Below, piece after piece: positions 9,432-16,521 of a DNA stretch of 20,000 nt. A model generated the notes under the pieces. That model searched no databases. It was given only the letters and a program-made list of their open reading frames with translations, and was not told the DNA's origin. The translations under genes and the position numbers were made by a program. The stretch lies in IMG/VR virus record IMGVR_UViG_3300030330_006222; one strand, written 5' to 3'. Source of the stretch: an uncultured virus (IMG/VR IMGVR_UViG_3300030330_006222) (lineage: Duplodnaviria; Heunggongvirae; Uroviricota; Caudoviricetes). Positions within the stretch are counted from its first letter, which is position 1. Every line of letters starts with the position of its first letter.

Positions 9432-10202
9432 TCAAGGACAATGTTCTGTTTTATAAAACTTGCAGCCGTATCCACCGGTGCAAGATAAGCGGTTTTTAAT
9501 ATACCGCTTGTTTTTAATATTGTATAATGCTTTATCAACTAATTTAAGAGCATTTTGCGTTTTTCTTGGACCGCTCGTAACTCTAAAGAACTCAACTCTA
9601 TTTTTACTTGCAGTTCTCTTAAGTAGTGCAAAGTGAGTTTCTACGTCCTTGGGATCTACATCCATTTTCTGACAGAAGTAATGCTTGTACAACGTCAGCT
9701 GGTAGGTTACCATTGGTTCGGAACGCTTCTTAGCGTCCCAGCCCCACGAACAGGTCTTCCAATCAAAAATGTGTACTTTGCCATCGTCAGTTTTTACAAT
9801 CGCATCGATAAAGCCTTTGAATTTGTAATCATCTTGACCATCAATGTCTTCCATCAACGGTAATTCAACGGCTAAAACTTCATAATTATCGAAGTAGTTG
9901 TTTAGGGCGTCCTCGATTTCTGGGATAATATTATTTCCTTGACCAACCATATCAAGTACAAGCTTTTTGTTAATTTCATGATCTTCATCAAGCTCGGAGA
10001 TATTCTTCTTTAATTCGTTGACAAAATAGTCTTCGTCAAAGTCCTCTTGAAGAAGCTTTTTCTCACATACAGAATGTAGAGCAGAACCAAATGCAGTGTA
10101 CTCATTACCAGTAAAACCGTCAATCTTATCTACACGAGTTAACTTATGGTAGAAAGGGCAGTGAACCCAATCTTTAAGTTCAGAAAACGAAATGTGAGCC
10201 AT
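9432..10202 (-). CDS. PD-(D/E)XK superfamily nuclease, Cas4/RecB/AddB-like with putative Fe-S cysteines
   Basis: ISFSEL..W..CP, FGSALH, LAVE, KGFIDAI, IFDWKT, QLTLY, and a C-terminal CTGGYGCKFYKTEHCP. One N-terminal and three C-terminal conserved-position Cys. Confidence 0.88.
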   Translation of the reverse strand: MAHISFSELKDWVHCPFYHKLTRVDKIDGFTGNEYTAFGSALHSVCEKKLLQEDFDEDYFVNELKKNISELDEDHEINKKLVLDMVGQGNNIIPEIEDALNNYFDNYEVLAVELPLMEDIDGQDDYKFKGFIDAIVKTDDGKVHIFDWKTCSWGWDAKKRSEPMVTYQLTLYKHYFCQKMDVDPKDVETHFALLKRTASKNRVEFFRVTSGPRKTQNALKLVDKALYNIKNKRYIKNRLSCTGGYGCKFYKTEHCP

Positions 10203-10221
10203 AATAATACCCTTTTAATGT

Positions 10222-10250
10222 ATTATAACCACATCCAACTCAATAGTCAA
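10222..10250 (-). promoter_or_regulatory. Sigma70-type promoter upstream of the nuclease and glycosylation operon
   Basis: Minus strand reads TTGACT-N17-TATAAT (TTGACT ATTGAGTTGGATGTGGT TATAAT). Confidence 0.85.
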
Positions 10251-10938
10251 GGTTTTCTTCTTTACTTATTAAAATAATTTTTTCATATACAGCAGGAGAT
10301 ACCGCTTTAAGGAATCTATGATTAGGCTGCATATAAAAATCTGTGAATGCTGTTGCGAAGTATTCCCGCAAAGACGTAGCTGCATAGGGGCTGATAAATA
10401 TGCCCGTTAGTACATTATTTAAATTATGGTAACCAACCGTTTGATGTAAGAACTCATCAAACTCTTGATCGTATTCAGTGTTTTGGAAGAAAGCTTTTGG
10501 TGCTTTAAATTCCATATTCCACAAAATTTTATACAGATGCATTCTTTTATTGTAAAACTCGTGATGAATCTTCTGGTCACCGTAGATTTCATAACCATAT
10601 TTTTCTTCTACTGCGTGTGATAATTCGTGAATTAAATCATCTAAAATATCATTAATATCATCTTGTACGTTTGATATGTAAACAGTACCAGAATCGTAAA
10701 AGGCGTTAATGCCTCTTTCGTGGAACTCCTCAAAATCTCCAAAAATGACCATCTCTATACAAGAAAGCAAGTGTGAAGGCACTAAGGATTCAAACTTAGC
10801 AACCGCAGCTTCTACATCGATAGAGTCATCTAGCAGCTGATCTTTAAAAAATACGTGAAGCCCAGTTGGGGTATAAAAATCAAGCCTGTTGTTCTGGGCT
10901 TCCTTCATTCTCTGTGTTATGTGTTCCATATGCGTCAT
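10240..10938 (-). CDS. Zincin-like metallopeptidase domain protein (HExxH)
   Basis: GINAFYDSGTVYI, LIHELSHAVE and SPYAATSLREYFA (downstream Tyr and third-ligand Glu pattern as in lethal-factor/MtfA-like zincins). Start uncertain (10938, 10929 or 10908). Confidence 0.7.
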   Translation of the reverse strand: MTHMEHITQRMKEAQNNRLDFYTPTGLHVFFKDQLLDDSIDVEAAVAKFESLVPSHLLSCIEMVIFGDFEEFHERGINAFYDSGTVYISNVQDDINDILDDLIHELSHAVEEKYGYEIYGDQKIHHEFYNKRMHLYKILWNMEFKAPKAFFQNTEYDQEFDEFLHQTVGYHNLNNVLTGIFISPYAATSLREYFATAFTDFYMQPNHRFLKAVSPAVYEKIILISKEENLDY

Positions 10939-11173
10939 CTAATCCTGTTTGATAACCTCTCAAGAAATTTTCTTCAGCAACAGCTACCATAAAATCAGGG
11001 AACTCGTGTGCTAAAACATCTACTATCATAGCCACTGTAACCTCTTCTTTATCAAACTTAGTTCCAACATATTCAACTAAATAATCTTTAAGGGCTGAAT
11101 CTTTTTGCACAACAAACCCAAGCGTCGGGTTGGTGTGTAATTCTTGTTCGGTAATGGTTTTTTCTTCACTCAT
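10880..11173 (-). CDS. Hypothetical protein (97 aa)
   Basis: ATG preceded by an AAGGAG RBS and a promoter. No recognisable family. Confidence 0.8.
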   Translation of the reverse strand: MSEEKTITEQELHTNPTLGFVVQKDSALKDYLVEYVGTKFDKEEVTVAMIVDVLAHEFPDFMVAVAEENFLRGYQTGLDDAYGTHNTENEGSPEQQA

Positions 11174-11191
11174 GGTAAAGTCTCCTTGATT

Positions 11192-11220
11192 AATATAACA
11201 TACAATAAACTAATTTACAA
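11192..11220 (-). promoter_or_regulatory. Sigma70-type promoter
   Basis: TTGTAA-N17-TATATT with an extended -10 TG, followed by AAGGAG and ATG 11173. Confidence 0.6.
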
Positions 11221-12549
11221 CACTTTTGAAGCTAAAGTTGCCAATTCTGACCTTTCGCCCTTCTTAAATGTCATATGTCCCGCAATTGGATAATCTTTGA
11301 AACTCTCAACTGCGTGTGCTAGACCGTTTGATGTCTCATTAACATATACATTATCAATCTGTTCAACATCTCCAGTTAAGATTATTTTAGTGCCTTCTCC
11401 AATACGAGTAATAATTGTTTTGATTTCGTGCTTAGTAAGGTTCTGGGCTTCATCAATTACAATAAAAGCATTGGAGATAGATCGTCCACGAATATATGTC
11501 AAAGCTTCAATTTCAATTTTGCCTTTTTCCATATACATTTCAAGTGAAGTGCGGTCACCCATTAAAAATTTAAGGTTATCTTGAATAGGCATCAACCAAG
11601 GAAGCATTTTTTCTTCCATAGTGCCTGGTAAGAAACCGATATCCTTTCCAAGTGGTTGTACGGGTCTAGAAACAATTAACCTAGAGTAATGGTTTTCATC
11701 AGAACGTAAACCAATAGTCTGTTGTAATCCAGCTGCTATCGCTAATAGGGTCTTACCAGAACCAGCACGACCGACAAGTGAAACAATCTTGATATCTGGA
11801 TTCATAAGCATATCGATTGCAAATGCTTGCTCTTTATTACGTGCATCGATCTTCCAGTCTGGTATATTTTTTGTTACTACTGCTTGTAAAGGCTCATGAT
11901 GGTTTTTAAACTTTGCTAATGCCGACTTTTTCTCGTTTGCATTTGATATCATCATAACATACTGATTTGGATACATTTGTTGTTCTGCTTCATCTTCAGT
12001 AAGCATAATATCTTCGCCTGCATAAAACCTATCAATAATCTCATCATCAAACGTTTGAACTATAAATCCATTATAAAGTTCCTCAAACGAAGGGGCAGCT
12101 TTTTCAGAAATGTAGTCTTGTGCTTCTATTCCTATAGAATCACAAATAACACGCATATTGATATCGCGAGACACCATAATGGTCTTTCTATTCTCGCAAT
12201 CAGCCTGAATAGCTTTTGCAGTTGCTATAATAGCGTGATCCGGATGTCTCATATCCAAATCAGGCGGGAATATTACTTCTTTTAAAATAGCATAAGAAAC
12301 TACTTTTAATATTCCCATACCCTTTCCAATTCGAGTGCCCTTTTCTAAATTGGCTTTTTCTCTAAAGGAATCTAGGGTCCTAATAAACTGACGAGCGTTA
12401 GAACCAACTGAGTCTTGTCGTTTTTTGTGACCATCAATTTCTTCTAACACTTTCAGTGGAATAAAAATATCGTGATTATCAAATTTATAGATTACGCTAG
12501 CATCAGTTAAGCAAACACTAGTATCTAATACATAATTTTTTTTAGCCAT
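11215..12549 (-). CDS. phoH: PhoH-family ATPase with N-terminal PIN domain (PhoH2/YlaK-like)
   Basis: PIN motifs YVLDTSV, VLEEID, DHAII and SRDINMR. PhoH motifs RNKEQAFA, GRAGSGKT, IGFLPG, YIRGRS, IDEAQN, TRIGEGTK and GDVEQID. Confidence 0.95.
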   Translation of the reverse strand: MAKKNYVLDTSVCLTDASVIYKFDNHDIFIPLKVLEEIDGHKKRQDSVGSNARQFIRTLDSFREKANLEKGTRIGKGMGILKVVSYAILKEVIFPPDLDMRHPDHAIIATAKAIQADCENRKTIMVSRDINMRVICDSIGIEAQDYISEKAAPSFEELYNGFIVQTFDDEIIDRFYAGEDIMLTEDEAEQQMYPNQYVMMISNANEKKSALAKFKNHHEPLQAVVTKNIPDWKIDARNKEQAFAIDMLMNPDIKIVSLVGRAGSGKTLLAIAAGLQQTIGLRSDENHYSRLIVSRPVQPLGKDIGFLPGTMEEKMLPWLMPIQDNLKFLMGDRTSLEMYMEKGKIEIEALTYIRGRSISNAFIVIDEAQNLTKHEIKTIITRIGEGTKIILTGDVEQIDNVYVNETSNGLAHAVESFKDYPIAGHMTFKKGERSELATLASKVL

Positions 12550-12590
12550 ACATCCTCATTAGTATTGCTAAAGTATATAGTTCTGTCAGG

Positions 12591-13523
12591 CTAAATTGTG
12601 TTTTCAGCTAGCAGATTATCACGGTATTTTAGAAGCGCAAGTTCCTTATGTTTAGCTTCAATCATAATATCAAACTCATTACCATAGTCGTTTAGTGTAT
12701 TATAAACTAGGTCTGAGTGTGCTTGTGGCTTGATCTTCGGATTGTTATGCTCAAGTGAGCGAGATTCTGCATAATGCACAACCGGCTTAATGTCTCCCCA
12801 CGTAGACAGTGCAAGCTCTAGTGCCTCTTGTTCTGATTGTCCACCGGGATGTAACATGTGATGGTGGTAATCAAATACAATTGGGATTCCAATTCGCTTG
12901 TAAACACCATCATACAATTCTTTTGTGGAGTATAACGATGTTTTGTCGTCATTCTCAACAGTTAGACGGGAGCGGACATTTTCTGGCAACCGTTCAAAGT
13001 TGCGACAGAAGTTATCTAGAGCGAATGGCTTGTCACCGTAAGCAGCACCAACATGAATATTAAGCTTAGCGTATGGTGTACGAGGCAAGCCAATGAGGTC
13101 AAACAGATCACCATGTACAGACAAATCAGTCTTAGTAAGTTGAAACACTCGTTCCTTGGGTGAAGCTAGCTTGTTAAATGGTCCAGGATGCGATGTGAGC
13201 CGCATTCCATGTTCTCGGGCAAAGTTACCCGCCTTAGCTGCCGCGGCGTGAATAGCGCCGAAATTAGGCATATCTGTGAGGTCATACTCCGATGCCCATG
13301 GGATAATATCAGAGGAAAGACGATAAAAGTAAATATCATTCTCAAGATTCCACTCAAGAATAGTGTATAGATCTCGTAGATTTTGCAATGCCAATTCGGC
13401 AGCGTACTCGATACCACGCTCAGTGAACGTGCGCTTGATCATTGTACGATTAGTTGTGATGCGTTGCGACTTTGGCAACGAAGAAAAGCCCATGTTAATA
13501 CAGGCGTAGCCCAAATGATTCAT
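12591..13523 (-). CDS. uvsE: UV-damage endonuclease UvsE/UvdE
   Basis: LGYACIN, YRLSSDIIPW, RLTSHPG, NIHVG, RLTVENDD, IVFDYHHH, HYAES, AHSD and MIEAKHKE. GGAGG RBS. Confidence 0.96.
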   Translation of the reverse strand: MNHLGYACINMGFSSLPKSQRITTNRTMIKRTFTERGIEYAAELALQNLRDLYTILEWNLENDIYFYRLSSDIIPWASEYDLTDMPNFGAIHAAAAKAGNFAREHGMRLTSHPGPFNKLASPKERVFQLTKTDLSVHGDLFDLIGLPRTPYAKLNIHVGAAYGDKPFALDNFCRNFERLPENVRSRLTVENDDKTSLYSTKELYDGVYKRIGIPIVFDYHHHMLHPGGQSEQEALELALSTWGDIKPVVHYAESRSLEHNNPKIKPQAHSDLVYNTLNDYGNEFDIMIEAKHKELALLKYRDNLLAENTI

Positions 13524-13546
13524 AATACCCTCCTACAGGTACATTA

Positions 13547-13575
13547 ATTATAACCACTCAAAGGCGATCTGTCAA
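13547..13575 (-). promoter_or_regulatory. Perfect-consensus sigma70 promoter for uvsE
   Basis: TTGACA GATCGCCTTTGAGTGGT TATAAT (17-nt spacer). Confidence 0.9.
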
Positions 13576-13820
13576 CACTTTCTAACTATTTCAAAATCAA
13601 ATACCCAGATTTTAGGCTTCTCTCCTCGTTTATAAGGAACACCTTTTTTTCGAAGTTTTTCAACTTCCTTCTGGTTAGTGATCTGAGCTTCCCACCCATC
13701 AACACCAAGTTTATGTTTTGAAGCAATGTATCGACGTCGCAACACAATACAAACATTAGGACCAGCGAACGATTTTACCAAAACTCTATCGTTCTCGGTA
13801 TATCTCTTCTTCGACTTCAT
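13572..13820 (-). CDS. Hypothetical basic protein (82 aa)
   Basis: ORF on the coding strand, Lys/Arg-rich, filling the gap between neighbours. Confidence 0.7.
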   Translation of the reverse strand: MKSKKRYTENDRVLVKSFAGPNVCIVLRRRYIASKHKLGVDGWEAQITNQKEVEKLRKKGVPYKRGEKPKIWVFDFEIVRKC

Positions 13821-13953
13821 GAATCTTATCTATAGTCTTCATAACGGAGTCAGGAATGAAAAGTACTTTCAAACAAAAGAAAGCAGCTAAAAACATAGAC
13901 ATTCCAAGTATGCACAATTCCGCAAATACTTCTAATTTTTTATCTAACCCCAT
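13786..13953 (-). CDS. Small hypothetical membrane protein (55 aa)
   Basis: Probable start is ATG 13953 (MGLDKKLEVF), because the longer track start lies inside a tRNA. Single hydrophobic segment FAELCILGMSMFLAAFFCLKVLFI. Confidence 0.6.
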   Translation of the reverse strand: MGLDKKLEVFAELCILGMSMFLAAFFCLKVLFIPDSVMKTIDKIHEVEEEIYRER

Positions 13954-13980
13954 ATTGTATATATGTGGTAAAAAATAAAA

Positions 13981-14057
13981 TGGCTGGGGCGGCTGGACTC
14001 GAACCAGCAACGGCCGGGGTAACAACCCGGTGCACCTGCCTGTGGCGCTTCACCCCA
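13981..14057 (-). tRNA. trnN: tRNA-Asn(GUU), non-canonical core, CCA encoded
   Basis: TGGGGTG AA GCGC CACAGGCAG GTGC A CCGGG TT-GTT-AC CCCGG CCGTT GCTGG TTCGAGT CCAGC CGCCCCA G CCA. All four stems pair, with U1-A72 and G73. Confidence 0.88.
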
Positions 14058-14059
14058 AT

Positions 14060-14095
14060 AAAAACCGGTTTTCTGTCTAGAACTAGGATAACCGG
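14060..14095 (-). terminator. Possible intrinsic terminator or processing hairpin just 5' of the tRNA
   Basis: CCGGTT-ATCCTAGTTCTAGACAGAA-AACCGG followed by TTTTT. The stem is interrupted. Confidence 0.4.
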
Positions 14096-14164
14096 AAACC
14101 CCTGCCTACGTGACGATCGGCAGCCACGTCCTGCTTACTGAATGCGCGAGCAGAACAGCGCGCT
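14096..14164 (-). ncRNA. Putative structured (pseudoknotted) RNA of unknown family
   Basis: GC-rich intergenic stretch. Helices GCGCG/CGCGC and GTTCTGCT/AGCAGGAC cross (H-type pseudoknot). A second crossing pair is ACGTGGC/GTCACGT and (C)TGCC/GGCA(G). Confidence 0.5.
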
Positions 14165-14644
14165 CTATGCGTCAAACGTCAACGTACCGTTTTCTGTCTC
14201 AACCGAAACGGTCCAACCTGAAATACCCCATGGGTTAACTTCTACGAAGTTTGCAAAGGGAACTTCAACTTGAGCAGTAAGCGTACAAAAGCCGCGCTTG
14301 TGGTCATACTTCTCGGTGGAGTACTCAATTAGGTCAACATCATAGAAATTTTCTGAGAGAGTTTCAGCAAGATACTCAGCAAAACTATCCGAGCCTCTTT
14401 CATAATCCTCTAGATAATCTTCCGCGCGGAGGTGCTCAATAATATTTCCGCTCCAACGATTACGCGCATCCAACTTGGTTTGTGCAATCAACGATGCAAA
14501 TTCGCTAATGACCTCAGTTTCGTTCATCGCGTCCTCAACCTCAGTCTCATTATGAACAAAGACATCAGTGCCTTCCTCATAAGTAAGTGTTATCATCGCA
14601 TCATCCGATAACTTAAGTGATTGTAGTCTTTTTACAACAGACAT
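14165..14644 (-). CDS. Hypothetical acidic protein (159 aa)
   Basis: AAGGAG RBS before ATG 14644. Lies between the two tRNA-Asn genes. Confidence 0.85.
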   Translation of the reverse strand: MSVVKRLQSLKLSDDAMITLTYEEGTDVFVHNETEVEDAMNETEVISEFASLIAQTKLDARNRWSGNIIEHLRAEDYLEDYERGSDSFAEYLAETLSENFYDVDLIEYSTEKYDHKRGFCTLTAQVEVPFANFVEVNPWGISGWTVSVETENGTLTFDA

Positions 14645-14662
14645 GTTTTCTCCTTTTTGAAA

Positions 14663-14738
14663 TGGCTGCCTCTCGCGGGCTTGAACCGCGGACCCAGCGA
14701 TTAACAGTCGCTTGCTCTACCAACTGAGCTAAGAGGCA
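14663..14738 (-). tRNA. trnN: tRNA-Asn(GUU), canonical, CCA encoded
   Basis: TGCCTCT TA GCTC AGTTGGTA GAGC A AGCGA CT-GTT-AA TCGCT GGGTC CGCGG TTCAAGC CCGCG AGAGGCA G CCA (76 nt). Confidence 0.97.
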
Positions 14739-14973
14739 ATAAGCGTTCTTCTACCCACACTACAGTTGTTCCCTCAATAGTTTCGGGGGAAACCAGGTCC
14801 AAAGGAACAATGTAACACTTTTTAATTTTAATTGGGGTTAGCCTTTTGCTTTTGCCGCCAACCCACGGAAGCACTGTATATTCGCACTCATTAGAAATGA
14901 GCGCTGTAGAGTCGGTGGGATAGAAAAAATTATTATGTCCCACTTCAGATAGGTAACACTTTGTATAACTCAT
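14701..14973 (-). CDS. Hypothetical protein (90 aa), probably leaderless; 3' end overlaps the tRNA-Asn
   Basis: ATG lies 6 nt after a -10 box. The last 38 nt are inside the tRNA and the stop TAA is in the anticodon loop. Confidence 0.55.
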   Translation of the reverse strand: MSYTKCYLSEVGHNNFFYPTDSTALISNECEYTVLPWVGGKSKRLTPIKIKKCYIVPLDLVSPETIEGTTVVWVEERLLPLSSVGRASDC

Positions 14974-14979
14974 AATAAA

Positions 14980-15008
14980 AGAATAACATTTTAAGTTTTC
15001 TTTGTCAA
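14980..15008 (-). promoter_or_regulatory. Sigma70-type promoter driving the ORF/tRNA cassette
   Basis: TTGACA AAGAAAACTTAAAATGT TATTCT, with a 17-nt spacer and extended -10 TG. Confidence 0.75.
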
Positions 15009-15012
15009 CAAA

Positions 15013-15519
15013 TTACCACAAATAATATTTCCACCTTGGTATTATTTGAGTCTTGCTTATATCTTTAAAGATATCTGATTTTGGAACTTTAGGCTTTCTT
15101 AACAACGGCATGCCGGCTTCTTCGGGTGTTTTATCGCCTTTTTTCTGATTACACTTTTTACAAGCCGTAACCAAATTAAGCCAATCATTTTTACCACCTC
15201 TAGAACGAGGAATAACATGATCAATGGTTAGTCTATCAGTTGTAAAATGCTTAGCGCAGTATTGACATTGATTACCATCACGCCATATAACATTTTTCCT
15301 ATGACATGGAATTGTCTTATAGCGAAACTTAACAATTCTCTTGAGAGCAATAACACAGGGCAGCTCAAACGTTTCGTTAACAGAATTTATTACTTCATTG
15401 TAAGTTTCAATTGTCTGTGCTTTACCAATTAAACACAACACTAAAGCTTCAATTGCATCGATTACTTCAATTGGTCTAAAAGAAGAATCTAACTTCAAAG
15501 TTTTTGTGTTGTCCATCAT
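15013..15519 (-). CDS. HNH endonuclease (McrA/HNH_5-like, Zn-binding)
   Basis: RKNVIWRDGNQCQYC, LTIDHVIPRSRGG...WLNLVTACKKCNQKKGDKTPEEAGM. Confidence 0.93.
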   Translation of the reverse strand: MMDNTKTLKLDSSFRPIEVIDAIEALVLCLIGKAQTIETYNEVINSVNETFELPCVIALKRIVKFRYKTIPCHRKNVIWRDGNQCQYCAKHFTTDRLTIDHVIPRSRGGKNDWLNLVTACKKCNQKKGDKTPEEAGMPLLRKPKVPKSDIFKDISKTQIIPRWKYYLW

Positions 15520-15537
15520 AGTATATAGGGCTATAGA

Positions 15538-16029
15538 CTATCTATCAGAGCTGCGGGTCTTGCTTCTTTGTTCTGGGATTTGAAAATCTCTGGCTTTTTT
15601 GGCTAACTCCGAAGAACTATCCAGCTTTTCGTCACCACCAATGCTCCACAATAGTTCAATCCCAAGCTCTTCACAAACAGCCTGCTCTGGTGTGTTAGTT
15701 CTGCCGCGGTCACCACCATTAGCAAAGAAAGTTGGCTTCAATCTCTTAATAGCTTCGCATACAGTACCATCACTGTCATCGACTGAGTCTACCAAAACAA
15801 CGCCCTTGATGGCATTCAAAATTTCAACGCGGCGTTCCCATTCCATAAACACAAAACCCTTTTTTCGAAAAAGCCAGTCGTCTGAGTTGGCAACAACAAT
15901 TACATCTCCAAACTCCGCGGCGTGTCTAATCATGCGAATGTGTCCCGCGTGTACCGGGTCAAAACCTCCGGAGACCATAACAGTTGGTCTTTCTTGTTTT
16001 TTATCAAACATTTCTTTATGTACAGTCAT
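15538..16029 (-). CDS. Cytidylyltransferase-like nucleotidyltransferase (HxGH; TagD/RfaE-II-like)
   Basis: VMVSGGFDPVHAGH, VVANSDDWL.RKKG..FM...RRVEI, FANGGDR and SSSEL. Confidence 0.9.
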   Translation of the reverse strand: MTVHKEMFDKKQERPTVMVSGGFDPVHAGHIRMIRHAAEFGDVIVVANSDDWLFRKKGFVFMEWERRVEILNAIKGVVLVDSVDDSDGTVCEAIKRLKPTFFANGGDRGRTNTPEQAVCEELGIELLWSIGGDEKLDSSSELAKKARDFQIPEQRSKTRSSDR

Positions 16030-16031
16030 TT

Positions 16032-16517
16032 TTACTCCAATGTGACTTTTTCAAAGTTGCACAAAACTAATATATCATGTAATTTAGCTGGTGACAAGTC
16101 CGCTTGGTCAAATATTTTTATTACTTTCCAATCAATTATATTTGAAATGCGCAACGCATATAAAATCCACTCGCTACAATACCATTTATTTTTTTCTTTA
16201 ATTCGAAATGGTAAACACTGAGATAGCAACATTCCAACCCAATCATATCTCGCTTCTTTTGTTAGATTAAAAAAGTCTAGTATTAGATTATGTTGTTCTT
16301 GGTTAACTGGTATTTCGTAAAAATCCCATTTGTCGGGATCATAATTGTGAACTTTTCTCTGAATCAACCTTGCCTTAATAAACGGGCTGATGCCTATCCA
16401 AGTTTGCTTGTCATCTAAGACCAATTCAGCGTGGCTGTATATACTTTTAGTCCACTTGCGAACAATGTTGTTCACCCAGTTTCCTTCACCTTTATATAAT
16501 GCAACCCATACCTTCAT
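16032..16517 (-). CDS. Permuted papain-like NlpC/P60 (YaeF/YiiX-like) amidase/peptidase
   Basis: His precedes Cys: SIYSHAELV...ARYDW...KWYCSEW...LSPAKL. Confidence 0.75.
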   Translation of the reverse strand: MKVWVALYKGEGNWVNNIVRKWTKSIYSHAELVLDDKQTWIGISPFIKARLIQRKVHNYDPDKWDFYEIPVNQEQHNLILDFFNLTKEARYDWVGMLLSQCLPFRIKEKNKWYCSEWILYALRISNIIDWKVIKIFDQADLSPAKLHDILVLCNFEKVTLE

Positions 16518-16521
16518 ATAT

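Noticed and set aside
9432..10202. CRISPR-Cas locus suggested by the Cas4-like gene
   Set aside because: No repeat-spacer array and no cas1, cas2 or effector gene seen in the window.
13954..14025. N-terminal extension of ORF 13786-14025
   Set aside because: The extension starts inside the tRNA-Asn gene. ATG 13953 is the plausible start.
14058..14164. Theta/HDV-like ribozyme or preQ1-I riboswitch next to the tRNA-Asn
   Set aside because: The element is 5' of the tRNA rather than 3'. It lacks the nested P1/P2/P3/P1.1 order of HDV-like ribozymes and the A-rich 3' tail of preQ1-I. This was judged by eye only, so a covariance search is still needed.
14128..14167. Stop-codon read-through or frameshift signal (UAG followed by a pseudoknot)
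   Set aside because: The spacer is only 1 nt, no slippery heptamer precedes it, and read-through hits UAA after 9 codons.
13981..14738. attL/attR duplication of a tRNA by an integrated element
   Set aside because: The two tRNA 3' halves share little beyond the universal T-loop and CAGCCA end, and no integrase is present.
15013..15519. HNH as an intron- or intein-encoded homing endonuclease
   Set aside because: Free-standing ORF with intact neighbours and no flanking intron structure.
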